Notes: generated by a model from the letters alone, not told the origin. 64,000 bases of DNA from Xanthobacteraceae bacterium (GCA_022841625.1 JALHRD010000013.1:24577-88576), one strand, 5' to 3'. Counted from the stretch's first letter, positions 48,193 to 58,924 are shown. Translations and numbers: made by a program.

Positions 48193-48864
48193 CTATTGCA
48201 GCGCCGTCTCGCCGCCGCCGGCGGTTTTCTTCGCGATTTCGATCTCGGTGACCGCCACCAAGAGCGCGGCGCGGGTCTTGAGGTCGGGCGCCTCGAGCAG
48301 TGCCTGCTTTTCGGCCGCGCCATAGGGCGACATCATCGCGAGCGCATTGACCAGCGCTTCGTTGGGCGCGTTCTCAATGCCCTGCCAATCGGCCTTGAGA
48401 TTGTTGGATTCGAGGAACGCCTTGAGCGCCTTGAGCAGGCTGTCGCGGTCGACCGCGCTCTCGCCCTTACGGGCGCTAAAGTCGTCCGTGAACGACGTGA
48501 AACTGACGCGGCATTGTCGGTAGGGCGTGGCGACGTCGAGTTCCTGCTCAATCCGATAACGCGCGATGCCGGTGAGTTGAACCAGGTAGCGCCCGTCGCC
48601 GGACTCGGCGATCTGGGTCAGGCGGCCGACGCAGCCGACCTTGTAGAGGCCGGGCCGCTCTTCGATTCCCGGACGGCTCGGATCGGGCTGGATCATGCCG
48701 ATGAGCCGAACGCCGGAACGCAACGCATCGTCGATCATTGCGAGATAACGCGGCTCGAAAATGTTGAGCGGCAATTGCCCGCGCGGCAATAGCAGCGCGC
48801 CCGCTAGCGGGAATACCGGGATTACGTCGGGCAGGTCGCCAGGACCGTGATAGGTCACGTTCAT
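48193..48864 (-). CDS. LON substrate-binding (LonN) domain protein
   Basis: IPVFPLAGALLLPRGQLPLNIFEPRYLAMIDDAL. The start was set at ATG 48864 behind GGAG. It lies downstream of the thioredoxin-TPR gene, a pairing common in alphaproteobacteria. Confidence 0.8.
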   Translation of the reverse strand: MNVTYHGPGDLPDVIPVFPLAGALLLPRGQLPLNIFEPRYLAMIDDALRSGVRLIGMIQPDPSRPGIEERPGLYKVGCVGRLTQIAESGDGRYLVQLTGIARYRIEQELDVATPYRQCRVSFTSFTDDFSARKGESAVDRDSLLKALKAFLESNNLKADWQGIENAPNEALVNALAMMSPYGAAEKQALLEAPDLKTRAALLVAVTEIEIAKKTAGGGETALQ

Positions 48865-49052
48865 CGCCGTCACTCCAGGTCGACGACAGGTCCGCTCCGC
48901 CCTCATCCTGAGGAAGCGCGAAGCGCTGTCTCGAAGGATGGGGCGGCCCCCGCTTCGAGACGCGTTGCCATAGCGCGTCGAAGACGCGCGTAAACGCGCT
49001 TATGGCAACGCTCCTCAGCATGAGGCCGATTTGGACCTCATCTGCCGCACCA

Positions 49053-49991
49053 TCACGCAAACAGGATCGACGACAGCCGCTTGCGGCCATCCACGGTGGC
49101 GTCGTCGGTCGGACCCCAGGCCTCGAAAAATTGCACCAGTTGCTTACGCGCGCCATCGTCGTTCCATTTCCGGTCGCGGCGCACGATCTCGATCAGATTG
49201 TCGACCGCTTCCTGGCGCTTGCCCTTGCCGTTGAGCGCGACCGCAAAATCGAAGCGCGCCTGATGGTCGAGCGGATTGGCGTCGACCTTCTGTTTCAGCT
49301 CATCGAGCGGACCGACCGATTGCGCCTGCTCGGCGACCTCAAGGGCGGCGCGCGCGGCGGCGACCGCGGCGTCATTGCGCTTGGCCTCCGGCACCAGCGC
49401 GAGCGTTTGCTTGGCCTGTTCCAGCGCGCCGGTTTGCAGATACGAGCGCGATAGTCCGGCCAGCGCCGCGATGTTGCTGCTGTCTTGCGCCAGTAGCGCG
49501 GCATAGAGGCTGGCGGCGGTGGTGGCATCGCCTTGCGCCAGCGCCGCATCGGCCGCCGCCAGCGCATCTTTTTCCTCGCCGCCGACTTTGCCCTTGGTGA
49601 GCCGCTCCAGGAATTGCGTCACCTGGCTTTCCGGCAGCGCACCCATAAAGCCGTCGGCCGGCTGGCCGTTGACGAAAGCAATCACCGCCGGGATCGATTG
49701 AATGCCCATTTGTCCGGGAATCGCGGGATGCTCGTCGATATTCATTTTGACGAGCTTGACCTTGCCCTTGGCGGCCTTCACCGCTTTTTCCAGGATCGGC
49801 GTGAGCTGCTTGCAGGGTCCGCACCACGGCGCCCAGAAATCGATCAGCACCGGCTGGCGCTTCGACTCCTCGATCACGTCCTTCATGAATGTTTGCGTGG
49901 TGGTGTCCTTGATCAATCCGTCGCCCGCCGCGGGCGCTGCCCCGCCGGCGTTGACGGTAACCTTCATGTTGGACCCTGTATCCTGAAACAT
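49053..49991 (-). CDS. Thioredoxin-domain plus TPR co-chaperone (YbbN/CnoX-like)
   Basis: PVLIDFWAPWCGPCKQL is followed by TPR-like helices. The start is ATG 49991 or 49967. The ORF-track start at 50111 overlaps the upstream gene and is unlikely. Confidence 0.82.
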   Translation of the reverse strand: MFQDTGSNMKVTVNAGGAAPAAGDGLIKDTTTQTFMKDVIEESKRQPVLIDFWAPWCGPCKQLTPILEKAVKAAKGKVKLVKMNIDEHPAIPGQMGIQSIPAVIAFVNGQPADGFMGALPESQVTQFLERLTKGKVGGEEKDALAAADAALAQGDATTAASLYAALLAQDSSNIAALAGLSRSYLQTGALEQAKQTLALVPEAKRNDAAVAAARAALEVAEQAQSVGPLDELKQKVDANPLDHQARFDFAVALNGKGKRQEAVDNLIEIVRRDRKWNDDGARKQLVQFFEAWGPTDDATVDGRKRLSSILFA

Positions 49992-50082
49992 GTCGTACTG
50001 CCCTAAAGAGGTCCTGCCCTGGCGGGTCGTGCCCCGTGTGAGCCCCGCCCTGCGCGGCCCGGATTGATTGGAGTATGCCTGA

Positions 50083-50646
50083 TTAAATGGTGTCGGTGGA
50101 ATGGTTTGCAATCGTCTCCACGGCCAAAGCGTCCAGCCCGGAGACCGCCACGATCCGCGGCGGGTGACCGGTGGCGGTAAGGAACCGTATCAGGTCGTCC
50201 CGCGCAATGGCGGTGGTCATGGTGTTGCGCAGGGGGTGAAAGTTGATCCGCGGCTGCGCCATCAGGGCGGCGTCCAGCACCACCGTCACCCGGCCGGCAT
50301 TGTCGTTGAGTACGGCGAACGGGGTCACCGCGCCGGGCGCGATGCCCAGGGTTTCGTGCATCAGGTCGGCGGAACCGAACGAAAAACGGCCGCTGGCTCC
50401 CAGGGTTCGATGCAGGGATTTGAGGTCGATTGCGGCATCCTCAAGCGCGCTGACCAGGAACAGGGCGCCCTTTTTGTCGCGCAGGAACAGGTTCTTGGAA
50501 TGCCCGCCGGGGATCTGGCCGCGCAGCGCACGCGATTGCTCGACCGTAAACAACGGCGCATGCGTCACCGTGGTCACGGCGATGCCGAGCCGATCGAGCG
50601 TGGCGAACAGGTCGTCGGGGGTCGCGGGCGGGGTGGTCATTGGCAA
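50083..50646 (-). CDS. YbaK/ProX-type aminoacyl-tRNA deacylase domain protein
   Basis: 187 aa with GHSKNLFLRDKKG.LFLV and PGAVTPFA, typical of prolyl-tRNA-synthetase-associated editing domains. Confidence 0.78.
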   Translation of the reverse strand: MPMTTPPATPDDLFATLDRLGIAVTTVTHAPLFTVEQSRALRGQIPGGHSKNLFLRDKKGALFLVSALEDAAIDLKSLHRTLGASGRFSFGSADLMHETLGIAPGAVTPFAVLNDNAGRVTVVLDAALMAQPRINFHPLRNTMTTAIARDDLIRFLTATGHPPRIVAVSGLDALAVETIANHSTDTI

Positions 50647-50872
50647 GGCGACTTATGCCGGCGCGCGCGGCAAGGCAAATTTCTGCCGTCGCGGGGTCGC
50701 CCCGGGGTGCGCGGGCCGGGGGCCGGGTTGGGCTGGCGCTAACAGATCCTTCAGATCAGGGGGTTAGAAGCGTATCGATGGGCGACGGTTGCATTGCCTG
50801 GTGTCCTTTGGCATAGCTTCGCCAGGGCGGCTCGGGTTCCGGTTCGGACCTGCCGCCCATACCCACTCGGAT

Positions 50873-50947
<75 letters not shown>

Positions 50948-50971
50948 GTTTGGTTTTTGTCCAGCCCGGAC

Positions 50972-51008
50972 ACATGGGTGACAGATCGTACCTAAGACAT
51001 GGGTGACA
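50972..51008. repeat. Two copies of the 12-mer ACATGGGTGACA, 25 nt apart, just downstream of tRNA-Gly
   Basis: Read directly at 50972-50983 and 50997-51008. Confidence 0.6.
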
Positions 51009-51357
51009 ACCTCGGGCCGAACGGGTTGTCGAGGGGTTGCAAGGTATTCTGTGCCTGACGTGGTCCCCTACTGGTTCCCGATTTTAAAATTTGTCAGCGG
51101 CCCTTGGAGCGAAATCCAAGAACCCATCTACGAAAAATGCGATTCCTGCGGCCCGGATCGCCGCCACGCCGCGCCAGCCGGTCAATCGCCATTTTTGTGA
51201 TCGCCGTCACATCGGCGCGCGCGCCGCGCAGCTATTATCGGCGCACCCTGAACCCGGTGGAACTGCGTCATGGGCCTCACCAGGCTAGGGCGTTCTTAGG
51301 GCAGACAGGAGCGACGACGACCACGCATCGGTTGTCAACGCATTTGCCGCTGCCGCA

Positions 51358-51744
51358 ATGGAGTGGAATCCCATGCTTCGCGACGCAGTGCATATTGTGG
51401 GAACGATTGTCGGCATCGGTGTCGGTTTGGCCGCACTCGTCTACATGCCTTATTGCGCCATCAGAAGCCTCGGTGCGCGACTGCGTGCTCTTGCGCATTT
51501 GAAGCGGGGTTGGTTGTTTCCCCTTTTCTTTCTCATTCCGTATGGAGGCATTCTGACCGAAGCCGGTCAGAAGCACCTCATAGCATCATACAAGTGGTTT
51601 GGGCGCAGTGTGCTGTCGGCGATGGTGGCTGCGCTCGCACTGCTCATCTTTGCATTGGTTCAGCCTCGCATCGAGCCATGGTGCGCGGGATCGACGGTGG
51701 AAGCCCCCAGGGCCGGCTGCCCGGCACCCGCGATCTCTAGATAA
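51358..51744 (+). CDS. Hypothetical small membrane protein
   Basis: 128-aa ORF with three hydrophobic segments (IVGTIVGIGVGLAALVYM, WLFPLFFLIPYGGIL, VLSAMVAALALLIFALV). It lies in a lower-GC stretch after the tRNA. No family recognised. Confidence 0.35.
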   Translation: MEWNPMLRDAVHIVGTIVGIGVGLAALVYMPYCAIRSLGARLRALAHLKRGWLFPLFFLIPYGGILTEAGQKHLIASYKWFGRSVLSAMVAALALLIFALVQPRIEPWCAGSTVEAPRAGCPAPAISR

Positions 51745-52022
51745 AGCCGTCGCGACGGTCCGCGCCGGCGGGTTCAAAGGCTGTGAAAGACTTTTCGGCC
51801 GTGACTTGCCGATTCGTCTCGGTCAAGGCTTGCGAGCGCTTGGCGGATGACTTGCGTGCCATGGACCTTCTGCGCGGATCATGATGGCATCGCGGTTGGG
51901 AGTTGTATAAGAAAGAAAATCGCTGAACACACGGAGCGAGGAACTTTGTTTTCCGCGGTGATTGCTTGAATAAGCAACGTGGCTCCGGCTTCGCAATATT
52001 CGCCACCGTCCGACAAAAACGA

Positions 52023-53612
52023 TCACCGCCCGACGACCTTGCCGATCACCCTGGCCGCGTCGGCGGCGGCATCGTTGCCGGCCCAGACGACGTAACGGTC
52101 GGGACGGACCAGCATCAGGCGCGCTTCATAAGCCTCACGCCCGCCGGCGAAACTGTCGCGCACGATCTTCAACGGCACGCGAAGCGACGTGGCCGCCGTC
52201 GCGAATGCCGCGACGGCCACATCGTCGGCGCCGAACGCCAGCAAGGTGAAATCGGGGCCAAGCGCCCCGAACACATGCCGCCCGTTCGAGAGCAACTGCG
52301 GCGGCAGGTGATGTCCGGCCCTGGCCGTGAACGCATGCGTGCCGATTGCGCTGCACGCGCTCCCCGGCGGTCCCCACACGATCGACGCGCCTTCATAGTG
52401 CGGTGCGTAGGTCATCGCCCGTGTTGGCGTCGCGGTCTGGGATTGTTTCCAGGCGCGTTCGAATTCCTCGCGGTCGCGCTCCGGGCTGTAGCGATCGAGG
52501 AAATCCCGGTCGGCCTCGATGCGCGCGAGAATGAAATCCTTGGCCGTTTCCCAGAAGATCGGTTGCCGCTCTTCCGAATAAGTGTCCAGCAAAGCCTCGC
52601 TGCCCCAGCCGTGCAGGCGCGCCGCAAGCTTCCAGCCGAGATTGACGACATCGTCGAGGCCATTGTTGAGTCCGTAGCCGCCATAGGGCGGATGGCTGTG
52701 CGCGGCATCTCCGGCGATGAAGACGCGGCCGACCCGGTATTTGTCGGCGACCGCGATGCGCAAGTCCCAGAAGCCCACATAGTCGAACTCGCACCTGAAC
52801 TTGTATCCTGTCGCCTTCTCCATCAGGCCCTGGAAGTCGTAGTTGTCGCGCGTGGTGTTGTGCGGCACCGGCGCATGGAAGAAGAAGGTGTCCTGCGCAT
52901 CGACGCGCCCGAAAAACCGCCAGTGGCCCTTCAGTTCCGGGTCCATCGCCCGATAGGTGGCGCGCGGCGGGAAACGCTTCAGGCCGGCTTCCAGCTCCGG
53001 TGAGCGGATGACCGTGAGCACCATGAGCTGGTCGAAGTCTTCTCCGCCCCGCTCGATGCCGGTTTGCTCGCGCACGATCGAGTGGCTGCCGTCACAACCG
53101 ATGGCGTAGTCCCCTTCGAGCACCTCGCGCTTGCCATCCTGTGCAACCATGCCGACGCGAACGCGGTTCTGATCCTGCTCGATAGCATCGACCGTCCAGC
53201 CCGCCCAGCTTTCGATGTTGGGGAACTCCGACATCCGGTCACGCAACGCACGTTCGGTCAGATATTGCGGGACCCGCTCGCTGTTCTGGAAATAATACTG
53301 GTTGACCACCTCGCGAAATGGCGGCGAGTACCAGTATTCGGTGCTCAGGTTCATATACGCCGTCACCCCGCTCAGCGAAAAGTCGGGCGGCAGCACCCGG
53401 GCGGCGCGGATCTTCTCAAGCAAACCCCAGGCATAGAAATGTTCCATGGTGCGCTGCTGGAGCCCCTGTCCCTTCGGGATGCGATGCTCCTGCGCGCGCT
53501 TTTCGACGATCGCGCTCGCGATCCCGCGTTGGGCGAGCTCAATGGCCATCGCCATGCCAACCGGACCGCCGCCGACAATCACGACTTGTTGTTTCTTCTT
53601 TGCCGGCGACAT
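52023..53612 (-). CDS. FAD-dependent aromatic-ring monooxygenase (PheA/TfdB-like)
   Basis: 529 aa with [47 protein letters not shown] and a C-terminal thioredoxin-like domain. Confidence 0.87.
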   Translation of the reverse strand: MSPAKKKQQVVIVGGGPVGMAMAIELAQRGIASAIVEKRAQEHRIPKGQGLQQRTMEHFYAWGLLEKIRAARVLPPDFSLSGVTAYMNLSTEYWYSPPFREVVNQYYFQNSERVPQYLTERALRDRMSEFPNIESWAGWTVDAIEQDQNRVRVGMVAQDGKREVLEGDYAIGCDGSHSIVREQTGIERGGEDFDQLMVLTVIRSPELEAGLKRFPPRATYRAMDPELKGHWRFFGRVDAQDTFFFHAPVPHNTTRDNYDFQGLMEKATGYKFRCEFDYVGFWDLRIAVADKYRVGRVFIAGDAAHSHPPYGGYGLNNGLDDVVNLGWKLAARLHGWGSEALLDTYSEERQPIFWETAKDFILARIEADRDFLDRYSPERDREEFERAWKQSQTATPTRAMTYAPHYEGASIVWGPPGSACSAIGTHAFTARAGHHLPPQLLSNGRHVFGALGPDFTLLAFGADDVAVAAFATAATSLRVPLKIVRDSFAGGREAYEARLMLVRPDRYVVWAGNDAAADAARVIGKVVGR

Positions 53613-53913
53613 GTATGTACCAAAAACCTGATCGAGGCGTGCCGACTTTCATACGCGGCGGTCGGTCGCTGGTCCATAGATCGCGGTCCTTCCGTCGTCT
53701 GTCAGGTTTCGGCGCATCGGCAAAAGAACGCGGTGTCCCTAAGAACCTCACGCGACTCTCCGCCGTATCCGAGCCGGCAATGACGTGAGCGCCGCGGGGG
53801 CGGGCCGTCGGCTTTAGTGGATTGGCCGCGCGCTAAGGGCTTGAGCGCAACCATGGACCTTGCGTGCGGATGATGTACGGTACGCAACGCATCGGATCGC
53901 CGGGAGAATATTG

Positions 53914-54900
53914 ATGATACGTATTGCTCGCGCCGCCGCGCTGGCTGCGGGAATCTTGCTGGCATGGTCGGGCGGCGCATTCGCGCAGCCAGGGTCGACA
54001 CAGACCTGGCCCGACAAGCCGGTCCGCATGATCGTCGCGTTCGGCGCGGGCGGCACGCTCGACACCCTGGCGCGGATCGTCTCAGCCAAGCTCAGCGAAA
54101 TCTGGGGCCAGCAGGTTGTGGTCGAGAACCGCGCCGGCGCCGGCGGCAATATTGGCGCGGCGCAGGCGTCGCAAGCGGTGGCGGACGGCTACACGCTGCA
54201 TTTCGGGGCGCAGACGCTGGCGGTGAACGTCACCATCGCGCCGCATAAGGGCTTCGACCCAGTGCGCGATCTAGCGCCGGTGGTGTTCGTCGGCACCGCG
54301 CAGGATGTGCTGATGGTGCCGCCGGATTCCCCGGCCAAGACCGTGCCGGAACTCATCGCCATTGCAAAAAAGCAACCGGGCGAATTGAACTACGCCTCCG
54401 CCGGCCCGGGTTCGTCGGGTCATCTCGCCACCGTGCTGTTTAGCGAACTGACCGGGGTCAAGCTCCAGCACGTGCCCTACAATTCACTGAGCCAGGGCGT
54501 GATGGACATCATGAGCGGCCGCATCTCGGTGTGGATCGTCACGCTTGGCGGCCATCTCGGCAATATCACCTCCGGCAAGGTGCGGGCGCTGGCGGTATCG
54601 GGCGAGAGCCGCGCCGAACAGCTTCCCAATGTTCCGACCTTCAAGGAAATCGGCGTGCCGTTTGTCGCCGAAACCAGTTGGTATGGCGTCTTCGCGCCCA
54701 AGGGCACGCCGCGGACCGTTGTCGAGAGGGTCAATCGCGACGTCAACGCGGTGCTGGCATTGCCAGACGTCCAGGCGCGCGGCGCTACGCTCGGCTATCG
54801 CTTCGCCGGCGGTGCGCCAGAGCGGCTGGGTGAACTGCTCAAGAGTGAAATCGTCAAATGGGCGGAGATTGCGGATCGGGCCAGCCTGGCCAAGCGATGA
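53914..54900 (+). CDS. Tripartite tricarboxylate transporter substrate-binding protein (TctC/Bug family)
   Basis: The start was set at ATG 53914 behind GGGAG. It has a signal peptide (MIRIARAAALAAGILLAWSGGAFAQ), then WPDKPVRMIVAFGAGGTLD, VVENRAGAGGNIG and [14 protein letters not shown]. Confidence 0.85.
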   Translation: MIRIARAAALAAGILLAWSGGAFAQPGSTQTWPDKPVRMIVAFGAGGTLDTLARIVSAKLSEIWGQQVVVENRAGAGGNIGAAQASQAVADGYTLHFGAQTLAVNVTIAPHKGFDPVRDLAPVVFVGTAQDVLMVPPDSPAKTVPELIAIAKKQPGELNYASAGPGSSGHLATVLFSELTGVKLQHVPYNSLSQGVMDIMSGRISVWIVTLGGHLGNITSGKVRALAVSGESRAEQLPNVPTFKEIGVPFVAETSWYGVFAPKGTPRTVVERVNRDVNAVLALPDVQARGATLGYRFAGGAPERLGELLKSEIVKWAEIADRASLAKR

Positions 54901-54978
54901 GCCAAGACGGGCGCTTCGCGCCGTCCTCAGGTGAGGGCAAGTTGGAGCTGCCTAAGAACAACAAAATGGAAAGAACAA

Positions 54979-55992
54979 ATGCTTGGGGGGTTTCTCGCTT
55001 TATTGTCGGCGGCGACATTTGCCTTTGAGAATGCCATCGCGCGTCGCGGCGTATTGACTGGCTCGGTGGCGCAAGCCTTGGCCATTACCGTGCCGCTCGG
55101 CGTACCGATCTTTTTTCTGGTCGCGGTGGTGTCCGGATCGCTCGGCGCGGTCCTCGGCTTTTCATGGATGGCGATCGTCTACCTCGCGCTTGCCGGCATT
55201 CTGCATTTCGTCTGGGGCCGCTATTGCAACTACCGTGCGTCCAAGGCGATGGGCGCGAATCTCGTAGCGCCGGTGCAGCAATCGAACTTGCTGGTCACGC
55301 TGGCGCTCGCGATCTGGATTTTGGGCGAGCATCTGACGCCGTTGCGGGTGCTCGGGATCGCGCTGGTGGTGCTCGGCCCGACGCTGACCTATGAACGAAA
55401 GCAGAAGCCGCAACCGCAAACGTCATCGGACGCGGAAGTCGCCGCGCCAGCCGTGCGCGACGCCCACGCCGTGTTCCAGCCGAAATATGCCGAAGGCTAT
55501 CTGTTCGCGCTCTTGTCCTCGACCGGCTACGGCATCAGTCCGGTGCTGGTGCGGTTGGCGCTTGAGCATGGCGGGCTGCAAGCGAGTATTGCCGGCGGCC
55601 TGGTCTCGTACATCGCTGCAACGCTTGCGTTTGCGCTGATCTTGCTGTGGCCCGGACAGTGGCGTCATGTGCGCGCGCTCGACCGTGAGCCCGCGAAATG
55701 GTTCACGATCTCCGCCGTCGGCGTCTGCTTCGCCCAGATGCTGCGTTATATGGCGCTGGCGTTGGCGCCGGTATCGGTGGTGACGCCGATCCAGCGGTTG
55801 TCGCTGGTGTTTCGGGTCTATTTCGGCCGGCTGATCAATCCGCATCACGAAGTATTCGGCGGGCGAATGTTCGCAGCGACCGTGGTATCGCTGTTCGGTG
55901 CGCTGGCGCTGACGGTCAGCACCGAACTGGTACAGTCGCTGGTGCCGCTGCCGGGTTGGGCGACAACGCTGCTTAACTGGCATTGGCCGTGA
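54979..55992 (+). CDS. EamA/DMT-superfamily transporter (tandem paralog 1)
   Basis: About 10 predicted TM segments. MLGGFLALLSAATFAFENAIARRGVL. The start was set at ATG 54979. Confidence 0.8.
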   Translation: MLGGFLALLSAATFAFENAIARRGVLTGSVAQALAITVPLGVPIFFLVAVVSGSLGAVLGFSWMAIVYLALAGILHFVWGRYCNYRASKAMGANLVAPVQQSNLLVTLALAIWILGEHLTPLRVLGIALVVLGPTLTYERKQKPQPQTSSDAEVAAPAVRDAHAVFQPKYAEGYLFALLSSTGYGISPVLVRLALEHGGLQASIAGGLVSYIAATLAFALILLWPGQWRHVRALDREPAKWFTISAVGVCFAQMLRYMALALAPVSVVTPIQRLSLVFRVYFGRLINPHHEVFGGRMFAATVVSLFGALALTVSTELVQSLVPLPGWATTLLNWHWP

Positions 55993-56012
55993 TCGAAAGG
56001 AATTGATCGCGC

Positions 56013-57026
56013 GTGCTTGGGGGTTTTCTGGCGATCTGCTCGGCTGCTTGCTTTGCATTCAACAATGCGAGCGTGAGACGTGGCGTGCTGACCGCGTCGA
56101 TCATCCAGGGAATGGCGATCACGGTGCCGCTCGGCGTGCCGCTGTTCTTCATCGCGACGCTGGTTTCCGGCAATTTGGCAGCGGTGATGGGATTCTCACC
56201 AATCGCGCTGGCGGCATTGGCGGCGGCCGGCATTATGCATTTCGTGTGGGGCCGCTACTGCAACTACCGCGCCACCCGTGCGATCGGCACCAATCTGGTC
56301 GCGCCGATCCAGCAGTTCAATCTTCTGGTCACGCTGGCGCTGGCGGTCTGGCTATTGGGCGAATACCTCACGCCGCTGAAAATTCTTGGCATCGGTCTGA
56401 TCCTGCTTGGGCCCACGCTGACGATGTCGGGCAAGCAAGCACTGCCCGGCGAGCGGGCGGTTTCCGATGAGAAGATCACGCCGATCGACGCGGAAAAGCC
56501 CGCGGCGTTCCAGCCGAAATACGCCGAGGGCTACACGTTCTCGCTGCTGTCGGCGATCGGCTATGGGCTGAGCCCGATCCTGGTGCGGGTCGGGCTCGAG
56601 AACCAAGGCATCGGGGTCAGCCTCGCCGGCGGGCTCGTCGCCTACAGCGCGGCGACCGCGGTGTTCGCGCTGATCCTGCTGTGGCCCGGACGGTGGCGGC
56701 ATGTGTGCTCAACCGATCCCGGAGCGATGAAGTGGTTCACCTTCTCCGGCTTTCTGGTGTTTTTCTCACAGATGTTTCTCTATATGGCGATGTCGATCGC
56801 GCCGGTAACGGTGGTGTCGCCGATCAACCGGCTGTCGATCCTGTTTCGGCTGTACTTCAGTCGGCTGCTGAACCCGCGGCATGAAGTGTTCGGCGGCTCG
56901 GTGGTGCTGGCGACCGTGGTGTCGCTCACAGGCGCTCTTGCGCTGACGCTGAGCGTCGAGCTGGTACAATCGCTGCTTCCGCTGCCGGAGCGCGTGGTGA
57001 GCGCGCTGAACTGGCGCTGGCCCTAA
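56013..57026 (+). CDS. EamA/DMT-superfamily transporter (tandem paralog 2)
   Basis: GTG start. MLGGFLAICSAACFAFNNASVRRGVL. It is colinear with paralog 1 along its whole length, including HFVWGRYCNYRA, FQPKYAEGY and the C-terminal LNW.WP. Confidence 0.8.
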   Translation: MLGGFLAICSAACFAFNNASVRRGVLTASIIQGMAITVPLGVPLFFIATLVSGNLAAVMGFSPIALAALAAAGIMHFVWGRYCNYRATRAIGTNLVAPIQQFNLLVTLALAVWLLGEYLTPLKILGIGLILLGPTLTMSGKQALPGERAVSDEKITPIDAEKPAAFQPKYAEGYTFSLLSAIGYGLSPILVRVGLENQGIGVSLAGGLVAYSAATAVFALILLWPGRWRHVCSTDPGAMKWFTFSGFLVFFSQMFLYMAMSIAPVTVVSPINRLSILFRLYFSRLLNPRHEVFGGSVVLATVVSLTGALALTLSVELVQSLLPLPERVVSALNWRWP

Positions 57027-58714
57027 TACCCTGCCGCCAGCGCGCCGCGGGTGCGTGGGTCGGCTGCGCCGACATAGCCACGCGGCGTCACCAGGATGGT
57101 ATTGGCCGAAGTGCCGGGCGGCCGGCGCTCGACCTTGTGGCCGCGGCCTTCCAGCCCTGCAACCACGTCATTCGGCAATGCCGGTTCGACCAGCACACGG
57201 TCCGGCGACCATTGGTGGTGGATGCGCGGCGCCGCCACCGCGTCGGCGGCGCTCATATTGCGATCGATCACATTGACGACAATTTGCAGCACTGCGGTGA
57301 TGATCCGGCTACCGCCCGGCGAACCGGTGACGATCACGGGCTGGCCGTTCTTGGTAACGATGGTCGGGGTCATGGACGACAGCGGGCGCTTGTTGGGGCC
57401 TGGCGCATTGGCGTCGCCGCCGATCAGTCCATAGGCATTGGGCGTGGCGGGTCGGGCGGCAAAGTCATCTAGCTCGTTGTTGAGCAGTACGCCGGTGCCT
57501 TCCGCGACCAGACCGACGCCATAGCTGAAATTGAGCGTATAGGTGTTGGCCACGGCGTTGCCATGGCGATCGATCACCGAAAAATGCGTCGTGTTTTCGC
57601 CCTCGCGCGGCAATACCACGTCGTCGCGGATTTCGCTGGACGGCGTGGCGCGCGCCGGGTCGATCCCGGCGCGCAGCTGCGCGGCATAGCGTTTCGACAT
57701 CAGCCGCGTCAGCGGCGCGCTCACCACCGCGGGGTCGCCGAGATAGGCGGCGCGGTCGGCATAGGCGCGCCGCATTGCCTCGATCATCAGGTGCAGGCGC
57801 GCGGCATCGTCGAGCGTGCCAAGCTTGTAGCCTTCCAGAATGTTGAGCATCTCGATCAGCACCACGCCGCCCGACGACGACGGCGGCATCGAGATGATTT
57901 CGTGCCCGCGGTAACGGCCGCGCACCGGCCGGCGGAGGTGGGCGCGATAGTTTTTCAGATCGTCGGCCGTCATGATGCCGCCGGCGGCCTGCACCGCGGC
58001 GGCGAGGTTCTCGGCGATCGGTCCCTCGTAGAAGGCGCGTGGTCCATGCAGCGCAATCGCTTCCAAAGTGTCGGCGAGATCGCGCTGCACCAAAGTGTCG
58101 CCGGGCGCCAGGGCATCGCCATTGGGTCGCAGGAAAATCTTGGCCGATGACGGCCAGCGCGCGAGGCGCGCCCGCGCGCGCGGCAGCGAGTCCGCGATGT
58201 CGTCCTCGACCGTAAAACCGCCGCGCGCCAATGCGATTGCCGGCGCCATCAGCTCCGCGAGGCTCAAGCGACCGGAGCCAAAGCGGCGGTGCGCCAAAGC
58301 GAGCCCCGCCACCGTTCCGGGCACGCCGATGGCAAGCGCCGAATCGCGCGAGCGGCGCGGATCGGCATTGCCTTTTTCGTCGAGGAACATTTCTCGTGTT
58401 GCGGCCGCCGGCGCGGTCTCGCGATAGTCGATGGCGATGGACTGCGCGCCGCGCTGCCGCTCGTTGAGGCGGATGACCATGTAGCCGCCGCCGCCGATAT
58501 TGCCGGCGCGCGGATAAGTTACCGCCATCGCGAAGCCAGTGGCGACCGCGGCATCGACCGCATTACCGCCGCGCTCGAGCACCGCGAGGCCGATGCGCGC
58601 CGCCCGCGCTTCTTGCGCAACAACCATGCCATGGCGTGCCGCGCCCTCCGCATAAGCGCTCGGCGGCGACAAGGCGAAGATCGTAGCGAGCAGCCAAAAG
58701 GCAAGATGGGGCAT
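57023..58714 (-). CDS. ggt: Gamma-glutamyltransferase
   Basis: 563 aa with a signal peptide, GGNAVDAAVA, the autoprocessing site ENTTHFSV, and SSMTPTIV..GSPGGSRI. Confidence 0.93.
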   Translation of the reverse strand: MPHLAFWLLATIFALSPPSAYAEGAARHGMVVAQEARAARIGLAVLERGGNAVDAAVATGFAMAVTYPRAGNIGGGGYMVIRLNERQRGAQSIAIDYRETAPAAATREMFLDEKGNADPRRSRDSALAIGVPGTVAGLALAHRRFGSGRLSLAELMAPAIALARGGFTVEDDIADSLPRARARLARWPSSAKIFLRPNGDALAPGDTLVQRDLADTLEAIALHGPRAFYEGPIAENLAAAVQAAGGIMTADDLKNYRAHLRRPVRGRYRGHEIISMPPSSSGGVVLIEMLNILEGYKLGTLDDAARLHLMIEAMRRAYADRAAYLGDPAVVSAPLTRLMSKRYAAQLRAGIDPARATPSSEIRDDVVLPREGENTTHFSVIDRHGNAVANTYTLNFSYGVGLVAEGTGVLLNNELDDFAARPATPNAYGLIGGDANAPGPNKRPLSSMTPTIVTKNGQPVIVTGSPGGSRIITAVLQIVVNVIDRNMSAADAVAAPRIHHQWSPDRVLVEPALPNDVVAGLEGRGHKVERRPPGTSANTILVTPRGYVGAADPRTRGALAAGY

Positions 58715-58924
58715 GGCGTTCTTTCATTGTCGACTTGGATCATGGCCCGGGCCGGGCGATGGAACAAGCTTTCGCCCGGATGCGCACATATCTGTGTGTA
58801 GGTCCTTCGTGGTTCGGGCGAATACTCTCGCTGGCGACACATGGGTGCTAAAGACTTTCGAACGGTCGCGACCGGGAAGCCACATCGCGGTGGCTCGGGA
58901 CGGCGCGGCCGGCGGGGACGAACC

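Noticed and set aside
51737-52006. 89-aa minus-strand ORF (its inner ATG would give a roughly 41-aa Lys/Ser-rich peptide MARKSSAKRSQALTE...)
   Set aside because: It has no recognisable family and no clear SD, and it overlaps the end of the neighbouring hypothetical ORF. The evidence is too weak to call.
50948-52022. An intact genomic island or prophage integrated at tRNA-Gly
   Set aside because: No integrase, excisionase or phage gene is present, and I saw no second copy of the tRNA 3' end by eye. At most this is a scar, and it is reported only as a low-interest finding.
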